From: an uncultured Planctomycetota bacterium
GTDB lineage: Bacteria; Planctomycetota; Planctomycetia; Isosphaerales; Isosphaeraceae
Reading direction: 5' to 3'
NCBI GenBank assembly: GCA_963737655.1
Contig: CAVTTN010000002.1
Location: 3,520,001 to 3,584,000 of the forward strand
Length of the DNA: 64,000 nucleotides
Part shown: in pieces, positions 1 to 10,442 of the stretch
Position numbering within the stretch: the first letter of the stretch is position 1
Layout of the letters: every line of letters starts with the position of its first letter
Program-made: the position numbers and the translations under genes
The notes under the pieces: generated by a model
What the model was told of the DNA's origin: nothing
Seen by the model: only the letters and a program-made list of their open reading frames with translations
The model's database searches: none

Positions 1-544
1 GGGCCACCGCCACCGCCGAGAGGATCGCGAACAGGCAGTGGCCGATGTTGTAATACGTCGTCGGCCCTCGCAACCCTTCCAGAAGGTTGAACGAGCGATC
101 GACGGTCAGCCAGGTCTCGGAGAACGAGGAGAACGTCGCCATCGGTGTGACCGGCGGAGGCAGAGGGACCGGCATCGGCCCGGCCCGGGGAGGGACCATC
201 GGGGCCACGGCCGGCGGCGCCTCGATCCCGAGCATGGGATAGATCGCGTCGAGGAGCGCGGTCGTCGCCAGCATCCCCCGCCGATCGTCGAACGAACCCG
301 GCGAGTAGAGGACGAACGCCAGGGCGAAGTACACCCATCCCCCGACCGCGAACGACGCCCAGAAGTCTCGCCGAGGGCCGGGGCGACTCATGGCCCGTGC
401 GGTGGCCAGCGTCAAGGTGGCCACGGTCGTCGAGAAGACCAGGGCCGATCCCAGCTTCGTCGGCCGGGCCAGGGCCGCCAGGCCCACGGCGAGGACGGCG
501 ATCAACGCCATCGACCGCCCGATGCTGATCCGGGGCCTCGTCAT
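1..544 (-). CDS. Hypothetical membrane protein, runs off window edge; apparent frameshift near 180
   Basis: ATG at 544 with GGAGG RBS upstream. Reads MTRPRISIGRSMALIAVLAVGLAAL... with several hydrophobic segments. The plausible continuation (...YYNIGHCLFAILSAVAV) lies in another frame after ~180. Confidence 0.55.
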   Translation of the reverse strand, partial: MTRPRISIGRSMALIAVLAVGLAALARPTKLGSALVFSTTVATLTLATARAMSRPGPRRDFWASFAVGGWVYFALAFVLYSPGSFDDRRGMLATTALLDAIYPMLGIEAPPAVAPMVPPRAGPMPVPLPPPVTPMATFSSFSETWLTVDRSFNLLEGLRGPTTYYNIGHCLFAILSAVAVA

Positions 545-569
545 GGCCGACCTCCTCGCGAGTCCGGCG

Positions 570-1430
570 TCACTCTCCGCGAACCAGGGCGTGGAACCTC
601 GTCAGGAGGTCCCTGGTGATCGGCCCCGGCTTGCCCGAGCCGATCGCCCGGCCGTCGCACTCGACCACCGGGATCACCTCGGCCGCCGTCCCGGTCAGGA
701 AGCATTCGTCGGCCGTGTAGACGTCGTGCCGGTCCATCACCCGTTCCACGACGGTCAGGCCGATCCCCCGGGCGATCTCGATCACGGCGTCGCGGGTGAT
801 CCCTTCGAGGATCCCGGCGTCGATCGACGGCGTATGGACCTCGCCTTTTCTCACCAGGAAGATGTTATCGCCCGTGCATTCGGCGACCTCGCCCTTGTGG
901 TTGAGCATCAGGGCTTCGAGGCAGCCGGCGTTGGTGCCCTCGATCTTGGCGAGGATGCTGTTCAGATAATTGAGCGACTTGATCCGGGGGTTCAGCGCGG
1001 CGGGGTGGTTCCTCATCGTCCCGGCCGTGACGATCTTCAGGCCGTGCTCGTAGAGCTCGGGCGGATAGAGGCTGATCGAGTCGGTGATGATGATCACCTG
1101 AGGATCGGTCGTCTTCCTGGGGTCGAGGCCCAGGCTGCCGGCCCCCCGCGTCACGATCAATCGGATGTAGGCGTCCCGGAGGGCGTTGACCTTCAACGTG
1201 TCCACGACGGCCTGGGCCATGTCGGCCGGGGCCATCGGGATCGTCAGGTGGATGGCCTTGGCCGAGTCGTAGAGCCGCTCGACGTGCTGTTCCAGGCGGA
1301 AGACTCGTCCCGAGTAGGAGCGGATGCCCTCGAACACGCCGTCGCCGTAGAGGAGGCCGTGGTCGAAGACGCTGATCTTCGCGTCCGCCTTCTCGTAGAG
1401 CTTCCCGGCGATGTAGACCTTGGGCGGCAT
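570..1430 (-). CDS. ilvE: Branched-chain amino acid aminotransferase (class IV PLP enzyme)
   Basis: DHGLLYGDGVFEGIR, IKSLNYL (PLP lysine), ILEGITR and FLTGTAAEV motifs. Confidence 0.95.
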   Translation of the reverse strand: MPPKVYIAGKLYEKADAKISVFDHGLLYGDGVFEGIRSYSGRVFRLEQHVERLYDSAKAIHLTIPMAPADMAQAVVDTLKVNALRDAYIRLIVTRGAGSLGLDPRKTTDPQVIIITDSISLYPPELYEHGLKIVTAGTMRNHPAALNPRIKSLNYLNSILAKIEGTNAGCLEALMLNHKGEVAECTGDNIFLVRKGEVHTPSIDAGILEGITRDAVIEIARGIGLTVVERVMDRHDVYTADECFLTGTAAEVIPVVECDGRAIGSGKPGPITRDLLTRFHALVRGE

Positions 1431-1506
1431 CCTCGGTGTCTCCGGTCCGGGGAAAGGGGAACCGCCAGGGCGCCCGGGGCGCCTGGCGGTTCCACTCGCC
1501 CCCGGT

Positions 1507-2217
1507 TCAGGCCAGCGCCGGAGACCAATCCTCGATCCGACCTTCGGCCAGGCGGACCGTGCGATCGGCTTGCGCGGCGATCAGGGGGTCGTGGGTGACC
1601 ATCATCATAGTGAGCCCCCGCTCCCGGTTCAAGTCGCGGAGGAGCTCCAGGACCGACTGGCCGGAGCCGGCGTCGAGGTTGCCCGTCGGCTCATCCGCCA
1701 GGACGACCTCCGGGCCTCCGATCAGGGCCCGGGCGATCGCCGTCCTCTGCATCTCGCCTCCGGAAAGCTCGGAAGGCCGATGGGTCATGCGATGGGACAG
1801 GCCGACCCGGTCCAGGAGCGCCTCGGCCTCCCTGCGGATCGCCTTCTTCTGCTTGAGGTACGCGACGACCCCGTGGCGGATCATCAGCGGCACCATCACG
1901 TTTTCCAGGGCGGAAAGCTCGGGCAACAGGTGGTAGAACTGGAAGATGAACCCGAACGTGCGGTTGCGGAGGGCGTCTCGGCGGCGGTCGCCGAGGTGGT
2001 CGATCCGCTCGCCGTTGAGGAGGACCTCGCCCGAGTCGGGCGAGTCGAGCAGGCCGAGGACGTGGAGCATCGTGCTCTTGCCCGACCCGCTGGCGCCGAC
2101 GATCGCCACGAGCTCGCCGTGGTCGGCCTCGACGTCCACGCCTCGGAGGACCGGGACGGCCAGCTTCCCCTTGCGATACCCCTTCTCCAGCCCCTTCGCC
2201 GACAAGTGGACCGCCAT
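1507..2217 (-). CDS. lolD: ABC transporter ATP-binding protein, LolD-like
   Basis: Walker A GASGSGKS, GFIFQFYHLLPE, LSGGEMQR signature, LADEPTGNLD. Adjacent to a LolC/E-type permease. Confidence 0.85.
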   Translation of the reverse strand: MAVHLSAKGLEKGYRKGKLAVPVLRGVDVEADHGELVAIVGASGSGKSTMLHVLGLLDSPDSGEVLLNGERIDHLGDRRRDALRNRTFGFIFQFYHLLPELSALENVMVPLMIRHGVVAYLKQKKAIRREAEALLDRVGLSHRMTHRPSELSGGEMQRTAIARALIGGPEVVLADEPTGNLDAGSGQSVLELLRDLNRERGLTMMMVTHDPLIAAQADRTVRLAEGRIEDWSPALA

Positions 2218-2316
2218 CGCCCCGCCTCCGTGTGAGCCATCCGTGAATTCTTGAGCGTAAAGGACGTCCTGGGAACGGATAGCCGGGCTATCCGTTCGGT
2301 TCCGCGGCCATCCGCC

Positions 2317-3714
2317 CTACTCGAAGCGGAGGGCCTTGACCGGATGGAGCCGCGACGCCCTCTGGGCGGGCCAGATGCTCGCCAGGACCGCGATCACCAG
2401 CGCGCCGCCGACGATCCAGGCGACGGTGAACGGCTCGACCTTGGTGGGGATCTCGGGGAAGTAGTAGATGGCGTCGTCGAAGACCTTGTGGCCGGTCGCC
2501 TTGCTCAGTCCCTTCTCGATCACGTTGATGTACGCCACGAACAGGAGGCCGCCGACCATCCCCACGCCGCTGCCGACCAGCCCGAGCGACAGGCCATAGC
2601 CGAGGAAGATCCCCCGGACGCCCGAGGTCGACGCGCCCAGGGCCTTCAGCACGCCGATGTCCCGCGTCTTCTCGACCACGATCATCGAGAAAATCGCCAG
2701 GATGCCGAACCCGGCGACCGCGATGATGAAGAACAGGAGGATGTTCAGGATGCTCTGCTCGATCGCCACGGCGGCGAGCAACGGCCCCTGCTTCTGCTCC
2801 CACGTCTGGACCCGGAACTTCAGCGGCCACTTGCGGGCCAGGGCCTCGTTGATCTCGGCCGAGACCCGATCGAGGTCCGTCCCGGCCCGGGTCTTGACCT
2901 GGATCTGGTTGACGGCCCCACGGCCCTCGCCGTTGCCCATCCCGCGGAGGTACTGGAGGCGGTTGAGCGGCAGGTAAACATGAGTCGAATCGTACTCGCT
3001 CATCCCGGTCTTCGAGAAGGCGACGACGGTGAAGCTGTCGTGGACCGGCTCGGGCTTCTCGCCCGCCGAGACGAACGAGAGGATGACCTTCGAGCCGGTC
3101 GGGGCGATGAAGAAGTCTTTCTCGACGCCCGGCCGGTGGACCGAGGCGAGCGACCAGCCGAGGATCGTGCCGTGGTCGGGCACCTGGTTGCCGACCTGTT
3201 CGAGGAGGAGCTTGCGGACCTCCGGGTCTTCCTCCTCGGCGGCGAGTCGCGAGGCCGGGGCCTTGAGCTTCAGGGCCTCGCTGACCTCCAGCGACGGCGG
3301 CATCTTCCTGCCGTCCTCATCGACGAGGAAATCGGCGAACTGGCCCGTCTTGGCCCGTTCGGCGGGCTCGATGCCCATGATCTGCACTTGTCGAGTGAAG
3401 TTGTTCCCCTGGAAGTCGATCGTCAGCAGGGCGAAGGTCTCGATGCAGGAGGCCATGGCCTCGATCCGGTCGCCGCCGACCTCGCGGATCACGGCCTTGA
3501 CCTCGTCGGGGTTGCGGAACCCTTCGAGGGAGTTCGCCTCCACGCTGATGTCGGCCAGGACGCCGTGGAGACGGTCGCGCATCTGGTCGGCGAACCCGGC
3601 CATGACCGAGTTCACCACGATCATCGTGGCCACGCCCAGCATCACGCTGATCACGCTCGCCAGCGCGATGTAGCGGGTCTTCAAATATCGCCAGCAGAGC
3701 AAGTATTTGTACAT
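2317..3714 (-). CDS. ABC transporter permease, LolC/LolE (MacB/FtsX) family
   Basis: ISVMLGVATMIVVNSVMAGF N-terminal TM segment, EKTRDIGVLKALGAS, C-terminal WPAQRASRLHPVKALRFE. Start placed at MYKYLL (3714) because the upstream extension is REP-derived. Confidence 0.9.
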   Translation of the reverse strand: MYKYLLCWRYLKTRYIALASVISVMLGVATMIVVNSVMAGFADQMRDRLHGVLADISVEANSLEGFRNPDEVKAVIREVGGDRIEAMASCIETFALLTIDFQGNNFTRQVQIMGIEPAERAKTGQFADFLVDEDGRKMPPSLEVSEALKLKAPASRLAAEEEDPEVRKLLLEQVGNQVPDHGTILGWSLASVHRPGVEKDFFIAPTGSKVILSFVSAGEKPEPVHDSFTVVAFSKTGMSEYDSTHVYLPLNRLQYLRGMGNGEGRGAVNQIQVKTRAGTDLDRVSAEINEALARKWPLKFRVQTWEQKQGPLLAAVAIEQSILNILLFFIIAVAGFGILAIFSMIVVEKTRDIGVLKALGASTSGVRGIFLGYGLSLGLVGSGVGMVGGLLFVAYINVIEKGLSKATGHKVFDDAIYYFPEIPTKVEPFTVAWIVGGALVIAVLASIWPAQRASRLHPVKALRFE

Positions 3715-3730
3715 CGGAGGGCTCCATCCC

Positions 3731-3751
3731 GTAGGGTGCATGAAATGCACC
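3731..3751 (+). repeat. GTAG-REP family A (GTAGGGTGCATGAAATGCACC)
   Basis: GTAG foot followed by a GGTGCAT-gaa-ATGCACC hairpin. About 11 arms of this family occur in the window. Confidence 0.85.
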
Positions 3752-3793
3752 ACTTGGCTTGTGATCTCGAGAAAACCCCGATCGAAGGGATCG

Positions 3794-3870
3794 ATCGAGT
3801 AGGTCCGACTTCAGTCGGGCCTACAAAATGTCTTGTGTTGCAGGCCCGACTGAAGTCGGACCTACTCGAT
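3794..3870. repeat. GTAG-REP family B inverted pair (REPIN-like long hairpin)
   Basis: ATCGAGTAGGTCCGACTTCAGTCGGGCCTACAA ... TTGCAGGCCCGACTGAAGTCGGACCTACTCGAT forms a near-perfect inverted repeat. Confidence 0.8.
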
Positions 3871-3944
3871 TCGTCATTCTCAACGGGGTTTTCTCCGGAG
3901 CAACCATCTTGTCATTGGGCGACGCATGAAGTCCGCCGACATCC

Positions 3945-5417
3945 TCACATCTCCGGACGCAGCAAGGGAAACAGGATCACGTCCCGGATGCTCGCCCGGT
4001 TCATCAGGAGCATGCAGAGCCGGTCGATCCCCACGCCCAGGCCGCCGGCCGGGGGCATGGCGTGCTTCAGGGCCCGGACGAAATCCTCGTCCATCGTCGC
4101 CATCGAGTCCTCGGCCTTCTGCCCGGAGAGCTGGTTGCGGAACAGCTCCTCCTGCAACATCGGGTCGTTCAATTCGGTGTAGGCGTTGGCCAACTCCATC
4201 CCGTGGACGAACAGCTCGAACCGCTCGGCGACGGCGGGGTCGTCGGCCTTCCTCTTGGTCAGGGGGCAGAGCGCGGCGGGGTAGTCAATCACGAAGACGG
4301 GGCCTTCGAGCGAATCCTCCACGAGGGCCTCGAACAGGTCGCCGACGAGGACGTCGTGGTCCTTGCCGGTCGGGTCGATCCCGTTCTCCTTCGCCTTCTC
4401 GGTCACGCCCTCGCGATCGTCGATCGCCACGCCGACCCGTTCGGCGAACAACTCAGCATACGTCCGTCGCGACCAGGGGGGCGTGAAATCGACGACCTTC
4501 TCGCCCCAGGGGCGGACGAAGCCTCCGCCGATGGCCTCGATCGCCCCGCAGATCAGGCCTTGCGTGAGGTCCATCATCGAGTGGTAATCGCCGTAGGCCT
4601 GATACGCCTCCAGCATGGTGAACTCGGGGTTGTGCTTGCGGCTGATCCCCTCGTTGCGGAACACCCGGCCGATCTCGAAGACGCGCTCCATCCCGCCGAC
4701 CAGGAGCCTCTTGAGGTGCAATTCGAGCGCGATCCGCAAATACAGCTGCAAATCGAGCGCATTGTGATGGGTCACGAACGGACGCGCGGCGGCGCCCCCG
4801 GCGATGCTCTGCATCGTCGGCCCTTCGACCTCCACGAAGCCGCGATCGCCCAGGACCTTGCGGAACGCGGCGACGATCCGGGTCCGGCCCAGGAACGTCT
4901 GCATCGACTCGGGGTTGCTGAACAGATCGACGTAGCGCTGACGGCTGCGCTGCTCGACGTCGGTCAGCCCGTGCCATTTCTCGGGGGGAGGTAGCAGGCT
5001 CTTTCCCAGGAAATGGAGGGAGTCGGCGAAGACGGTGAGCTCGCCGGTCCGGGTATACTTGAGGTGGCCGTCCACGCCCAGGAGGTCGCCCAGGTCGAGC
5101 AGCTTGGTCAGGGCCCAGCCGGTCTCGCCGACCTGCTTCTTGCCGATCATGACCTGGATGCGGTCGGTCCAGTCGCCCAGTTGGAGGAAGACGACGTTCC
5201 CCTGCTCCCGCCTCAGGAGGATCCGCCCGGCCACGCGGACGACGGAGCCGGCCTCGTCGCTCCCGGAGGGGGCGGCGTCGAGCGTGCGGACCTCGCCGAT
5301 CGGCCGATGGTCGTCGAACCGGCGGCCCCAGGGGTCGATCCCCAGAGCAGCGATCTTCTCGAGCTTGTCCCGACGGACGGATTCGAGGTCTTCCCGAGGC
5401 TTCTCTTCGGACATCAT
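3945..5417 (-). CDS. lysS: Lysine--tRNA ligase, class II
   Basis: OB-fold N-terminus, GGAAARPFVTHHN, FRNEGISRKHNPEF, ELANAYTELNDP, GLGVGIDRL. Confidence 0.97.
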   Translation of the reverse strand: MMSEEKPREDLESVRRDKLEKIAALGIDPWGRRFDDHRPIGEVRTLDAAPSGSDEAGSVVRVAGRILLRREQGNVVFLQLGDWTDRIQVMIGKKQVGETGWALTKLLDLGDLLGVDGHLKYTRTGELTVFADSLHFLGKSLLPPPEKWHGLTDVEQRSRQRYVDLFSNPESMQTFLGRTRIVAAFRKVLGDRGFVEVEGPTMQSIAGGAAARPFVTHHNALDLQLYLRIALELHLKRLLVGGMERVFEIGRVFRNEGISRKHNPEFTMLEAYQAYGDYHSMMDLTQGLICGAIEAIGGGFVRPWGEKVVDFTPPWSRRTYAELFAERVGVAIDDREGVTEKAKENGIDPTGKDHDVLVGDLFEALVEDSLEGPVFVIDYPAALCPLTKRKADDPAVAERFELFVHGMELANAYTELNDPMLQEELFRNQLSGQKAEDSMATMDEDFVRALKHAMPPAGGLGVGIDRLCMLLMNRASIRDVILFPLLRPEM

Positions 5418-5518
5418 CCCGCCTTACGATCGTGGGGGCGCCGGAGACTCACGCGGAATTCTAAAGGATTCCCCAACGCGGTCAACGCCAGCCGCCAGGT
5501 CGGAGGAGTCGCATCGCG

Positions 5519-5896
5519 ATGGAATGGTTCATGGTCGAGGTCGTCGTGAGCGACTGGGTGCGGAGCCTGGCGTGGTATCGCGACGTCCTCAAGGCCGACA
5601 CCGAGTTGATCGACGAGGCTCGGGGGTTCGTCTTGCTGAGGGTTGGCGGGGCGCGTCTGGCCCTGAAGCAAGGCCACCTCCCGGACGGTTCTCGCGGCGG
5701 ACTTCGGATCGTCGTCCGATCGGACGATCTCGAATCGGATCGCGAGGAGATGTCTCGGCGAGGTGTCGCGGTCGGTGTAATGATCGAGAATCGGGAGGAG
5801 AGCTTCCGCGAATTCCGAGTCGCGGACCCCGATGGCCTGGCGATCACGATCTTTGAATGGACCGTTTCGATCCGTCCCGATCCCGGGGACGAATGA
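5519..5896 (+). CDS. VOC/glyoxalase family protein
   Basis: VSDWVRSLAWYRDVL and FRVADPDG patterns, 125 aa, GGAGGAG RBS upstream. Confidence 0.8.
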   Translation: MEWFMVEVVVSDWVRSLAWYRDVLKADTELIDEARGFVLLRVGGARLALKQGHLPDGSRGGLRIVVRSDDLESDREEMSRRGVAVGVMIENREESFREFRVADPDGLAITIFEWTVSIRPDPGDE

Positions 5897-5917
5897 TTCC
5901 TGGGAGCCGCGAATCCC

Positions 5918-5966
5918 GTAGGGCATGGCCTGCCGAGAATCGCCGGCAGGCCAAGGCCTGCCCTAC
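5918..5966. repeat. GTAG-REP family C inverted pair
   Basis: GTAGGGCATGGCCTGCC ... GGCAGGCCAAGGCCTGCCCTAC, lying between convergent genes. Confidence 0.75.
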
Positions 5967-6031
5967 GGGTTGGGAAGCTGAATAAAGAACCATTGAAGTC
6001 GCGTGGCCTCAACCGTTGCCCCTCCTTCGGT

Positions 6032-7314
6032 TCATGCCGTGAGCAGGGGCAAAACGTAGGGGCCCTTCGGGATCACGGCGACCCTGGCGTCGGGGCCGTA
6101 CTCGGCCAGGGAGTCGGCGACGGCCTTTTCGACCGTCTCGGCCGGCTCAACGAAGAGGCGGGCGAGCACATCCGCGGGCAGGCCGTCGCTCACGAGCTTC
6201 ACCCTGGCCTTGCGGCGGACCTTGGCGAGCTCCTCGACCTGCCACTGGTCCATCACGAAGTAATCCTTGCCGAGGATTCGCTCCATGAACCCTTCGAGGG
6301 TGGCGTTCTCGTGGAAGAGGGACTGGAACTCGGGCGAGCCGATCCCCTCGGAGAGGCTCGCGGCGATGATGATCGTCCCGCCTTGCTTGACGATCGGCAG
6401 GCAGCCCGTCATGCCCTTCACGGCCTGGTAGAACGTGGTGTCCAGCGGGTAGCCGGCCGAACTGGTGACGACCACGTCCACCGGCTCGGGCAACGGGGCC
6501 TTCACCACGCTCTCGACGAACCGGACTCCTTCCAGGAACGCCTTTTCCATGTCGCCCGCGACCACGGACGTGACCCGCCGGTGGCTGTCCAGCGTCACGT
6601 TCACGATGAAGTCGCAACCGGCCATCCGGGCGATTCTCGTATTCTCCTCGTGGACCGGGTTGCCTTCGAGGAACCCGCAATCGGCCTTCGGGTGTTCGAG
6701 GAATTTCGGCCCGTGCCAGAGCTTGACCGTCTCCAGGGCGGCGATCCCGGGGCAGATCAGCTTGCGGCCCCCGGAGTAGCCGGCCATCAGGTGGGGCTCG
6801 ATCAGCCCGGTGGTGATCTTGAGGTCGGCGTTCACGTATCGGGAGTCGATCCAGGCGGGGACGTCGTTCTCGGTCGTCCCGAGATACGTATGCTCCTCGA
6901 TCCGGGTGCCGTGATGGTCCTCGACCCGGTAGCTGGCGGCGATCTCGGGCGAGAGCATCTCGTCCCGCTCGCTGGGGGTGCTCGGGCGGTGGAGCCCGGT
7001 CGCCACGAGGATCAGGACGTCCTCGCGGGCAATCCCGTTCTCATGCAGGGTCTTGAGCAAGGGACGGAGGATCGTGGCGTTCGGGACCGGCCGGGTGATG
7101 TCGCAGACGAGGATGCAGGCGTTCTTGCGGCCCTTCGCGATCTCGGCCAGGGGAGGACAGCCGGTCGGCGACCGCAGGGCCTGAGCGACGGCCCCTTCGG
7201 CGTCCTCCAGGGGGGGACGGCGCGGATCTCCAGGGGTCCGACGACTCGATCGGCGGGGAGGCGGACGGGCAGGCCGGTCCGTCCGTAGTCCAGGGTCACG
7301 TGGAGGGTCGTCAT
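6032..7314 (-). CDS. larA: Nickel-pincer-dependent lactate racemase family protein (LarA superfamily); apparent 1-nt frameshift in G run at 7210-7216
   Basis: [45 protein letters not shown] and DQWQ motifs. The N-terminus [11 protein letters not shown] joins the main frame if one base is added to the homopolymer. Confidence 0.85.
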
Positions 7315-7384
7315 GGGGGTCACGCCGGTATCCGAGGGAGACGGTCGGGAGGAACCGCCTTCCAGGATACCGGCGCGACGGAGA

Positions 7385-9181
7385 TCAGGCCAGCGCGGGG
7401 GAGAGCGAGGCGTCGGTCGGCCGGGGCAGCGCGGCCGAGAGGAGGCGGTCCTTCGCCTCGTTCAGGGAGAACGAGACGGTGGAGGCGCCGGCGGCCTTGA
7501 GCCTCTCGGAGGTCTCGTCGGTCGCGCCCCCTTCGCCCCAGCGGCCGAACTGGATCGGCACGTCCTTCAGCCCGGCCTTGAGCCGCCGGACGAGGTAGCG
7601 GGCATTCGTGAGCCCGGCCGGCGGCAGGTGGGAGACGAGCACCAGCTTCGGCGACGTCTCGAGGATCTTCTGGACGAGCTTGAGGGGCGAGTCCGACTCG
7701 CCGACGATCGTCAGGTGGATCAGCTTCGGGTCGAGGAGCTGCGAGAGCATCCTCAGCGCCAGGGTGTCGGACAGGTCGTTGGCCGGGACGCCCGAGACCT
7801 CGATCGGCCCGCCCTCGGGCGGCTCGACGGCTTCGGGGGCGAGGGTGATGTCGGACGAGGCTTCCAGGTCGTCGAGGGCCTCGCCGATGATCCTCCAGAG
7901 GAACGCCCGCTCGCGATCCTCGATCTCCCCCCGGCTGAAGTCCCGTTCGGCGTGCGAGAGCGTCGGCAGGAACAGGGCCTCGAAGAGCTGAGCCCGGGTC
8001 TGCGTCTTGGAGGCGGTCTCGATGATCTCGATCGCCCCATCCTCGTCGAACGCCAGGAGCCTTTGATAGAACTTCACGTCCTGAGGGAGCTCGGCCTCCT
8101 CGCCCAGGAGGATCGAGAAGAACCCGAGGCTGGGGACGTACTTGCCCAGGACCGCCAGGCAGACGGTCAAGGGCGTGGAGAGCAGGAGGCCGAGGAGGCC
8201 CCAGAGCCACGTCCAGAACATGGCCGCCACGAGCAGGCCGAGGGCCGTCACGCCGGTGGTCCGGCCGTAGATCACCGGCTCCAGGAAGCTGTTGAGGATC
8301 GTCTCGACGACGGCGAAGAGGGCGATCACGCCGATCACGTGCCACGGGTCGGGGAATTGCGCGAAGGCGAACACCGTCGGCAGGGAGAACGCCACGAACG
8401 GCCCGAGATACGGGATGAATCGGGTGAACGCCGCGATGAACCCCCAGAGGACGGCATACGGGATCCCGATCAGGCCCAGCCCGACGCCAATGACCAGCCC
8501 GTAGCAGGAATTCACGGCCGCGAACGTGGCGAGATAGCGGCTGATCCTCTGGCCGACCTCGTCCATCGTCCGGGTCGTCAGCGAGATCTGCCTCCGCCCG
8601 AAGAGCTGGATCACGCGGTCGCCCAGGTCTTCGCGATTCATCATGATGAACAGGACGAGGATCAGGACGAAGCTGCCCACGCCGAGGAATTCCAGGTAGG
8701 GGCCGACCGCGTTCTGAATCCTCTTGGTGAAGTCCGGCTCATCGACGATCCTCACCTGCTGGACGTCGGTCTTCTTCGCCGGCCGGTCGATCTCCTTGAC
8801 CACGTCGGCCGTCATCTGCTGGACCTTGGAGAAATTGCTCGTTCGCCCCTGGCGAAGATTCTCGATCTTGGTGACGATCTGGTCGCGGTGCTCCGGCAAT
8901 TCCCCGGCGAGTGAGTCCAGTTGCCTCATGACCACGAACCCGATCACCCCCAGGGCCCCGAGCGTCAGGACGACCGTCACGATCACCGCCGGGACTCGGG
9001 GCAGCCCCCTCCTCTCGAAGAATCGGCAGAGAGGCGACAGCGCGAACGCCAGGAGGATCGAGAGCGCCAACGGCTTCAGGACCTCGGCCGCCAGCCCCAT
9101 CGAGGCGACCACGGCCACGATCACCAGCAGGATCACGACCGGGTGATCCATCGAGAAACTCTTGCGATTCGTCGCCGCCAC
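7385..9181 (-). CDS. AI-2E family transporter with C-terminal soluble extension
   Basis: PLALSILLAFALSP, RFIPYLGP, LEPVIYG, FWTWLWG...STPLTVCL. Start uncertain (GTG 9181 or ATG 9151). Confidence 0.88.
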   Translation of the reverse strand: MAATNRKSFSMDHPVVILLVIVAVVASMGLAAEVLKPLALSILLAFALSPLCRFFERRGLPRVPAVIVTVVLTLGALGVIGFVVMRQLDSLAGELPEHRDQIVTKIENLRQGRTSNFSKVQQMTADVVKEIDRPAKKTDVQQVRIVDEPDFTKRIQNAVGPYLEFLGVGSFVLILVLFIMMNREDLGDRVIQLFGRRQISLTTRTMDEVGQRISRYLATFAAVNSCYGLVIGVGLGLIGIPYAVLWGFIAAFTRFIPYLGPFVAFSLPTVFAFAQFPDPWHVIGVIALFAVVETILNSFLEPVIYGRTTGVTALGLLVAAMFWTWLWGLLGLLLSTPLTVCLAVLGKYVPSLGFFSILLGEEAELPQDVKFYQRLLAFDEDGAIEIIETASKTQTRAQLFEALFLPTLSHAERDFSRGEIEDRERAFLWRIIGEALDDLEASSDITLAPEAVEPPEGGPIEVSGVPANDLSDTLALRMLSQLLDPKLIHLTIVGESDSPLKLVQKILETSPKLVLVSHLPPAGLTNARYLVRRLKAGLKDVPIQFGRWGEGGATDETSERLKAAGASTVSFSLNEAKDRLLSAALPRPTDASLSPALA

Positions 9182-9320
9182 GGCGGTGCCCCCTTCATCG
9201 GTTGGGATCAGGACCGTCCGAGGGCCATCGCGAATCTCGTGCCTCACGCCATCGGCGCGGGACTTGCCCGCCTCGTCGGTCTCCGCGGTTTCTTCCCCAT
9301 CGCCCCTCGAAAGGACATCC

Positions 9321-10346
9321 ATGACCGCACCGAACATCAATCGTCGCGAGGCGATCCAGGCCGGGGCCGCCGGGATCGCCGCGGCCTCGATCGGCTCCTC
9401 GGCCGTCGCGCAGGAACCCGCCAGGACCAACGACCGAGGCATCCCGCTCCGCCCCCTGGGCAAGACCGGCGACATGGTCACCATCCTCGGCCTCGGCGGC
9501 TTCCACAGCACGTCGAAGACCGAGGACGAGAGCCTCAAGCTGATCCAGAAGGCCGTGGACGAGGGCATCACCTTCCTCGACAACGCCTGGGATTATCACG
9601 ACGGACTCGCCGAGGAACGGATGGGCAAGGCCCTCGAGCAGGGCAAGCTCCGCGACAAGGTCTTCCTGATGACCAAATGTTGCGGGAGGACCGCCAAGGA
9701 CGCCCAGTCCAACCTGGACGACAGCCTCCGCCGGCTCCGGACCGACCACCTGGACCTCTGGCAATTCCACGAGATCTGCTACGACAACGATCCCGATTGG
9801 ATTTTCGACAAGGGAGGCGCCCTCGAGTTCGCCCTCAAGGCCAAGGAGCAGGGCAAGGTCCGCCACCTGGGCTTCACCGGCCACAAGGACCCGTCGATCC
9901 ACCTGAAGATGTTGACGAAGCCCTACGACTGGGCCACCGTGCAGATGCCCCTGAACGTGATGGACGCCCACTTCCGCAGCTTCCAGAAGCAGGTCTTGCC
10001 CGAGCTCGTCAAGAGAGGGATCGGACCCATCGCGATGAAGAGCCTCGGCGGCGCCGGCCACATCGTGGACGTCGCGGGCGTCCCGGTGGAGGACGCCCTC
10101 CGCTATGTCCTGTCCCTGCCGATCAGCACCCTGGTCTCCGGGATCGACTCGACCAAGGTCCTCGAACAGAATCTCAAGATCGTCCGCGACTTCAAGCCGC
10201 TCTCGGACGCCGAGCGGACCGCCATCGAGGAAAAGACCCGCTCGCTGGCCGGAGACGGCCGGTACGAGCTCTTCAAGTCGTCGAAGATCTATGACGGCAA
10301 GGTCCACCGCGTCCAGCACGGCTTCGCCACCGAGCCGGCGGCCTGA
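9321..10346 (+). CDS. Aldo/keto reductase with Tat-like signal
   Basis: NRREAIQ twin-arginine motif, GITFLDNAWDYH, SLRRLRTDHLDLWQFH, GFTGHKDP. Confidence 0.9.
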   Translation: MTAPNINRREAIQAGAAGIAAASIGSSAVAQEPARTNDRGIPLRPLGKTGDMVTILGLGGFHSTSKTEDESLKLIQKAVDEGITFLDNAWDYHDGLAEERMGKALEQGKLRDKVFLMTKCCGRTAKDAQSNLDDSLRRLRTDHLDLWQFHEICYDNDPDWIFDKGGALEFALKAKEQGKVRHLGFTGHKDPSIHLKMLTKPYDWATVQMPLNVMDAHFRSFQKQVLPELVKRGIGPIAMKSLGGAGHIVDVAGVPVEDALRYVLSLPISTLVSGIDSTKVLEQNLKIVRDFKPLSDAERTAIEEKTRSLAGDGRYELFKSSKIYDGKVHRVQHGFATEPAA

Positions 10347-10442
10347 GGCGATCGACGAGACCTTTCCGCAAAGAGGCGCCGGTTGAGAGATTTTGGTCTC
10401 AACCGGCGCCGTTTGCGGACCCATGGGCGTTCCGGCAAGGGT

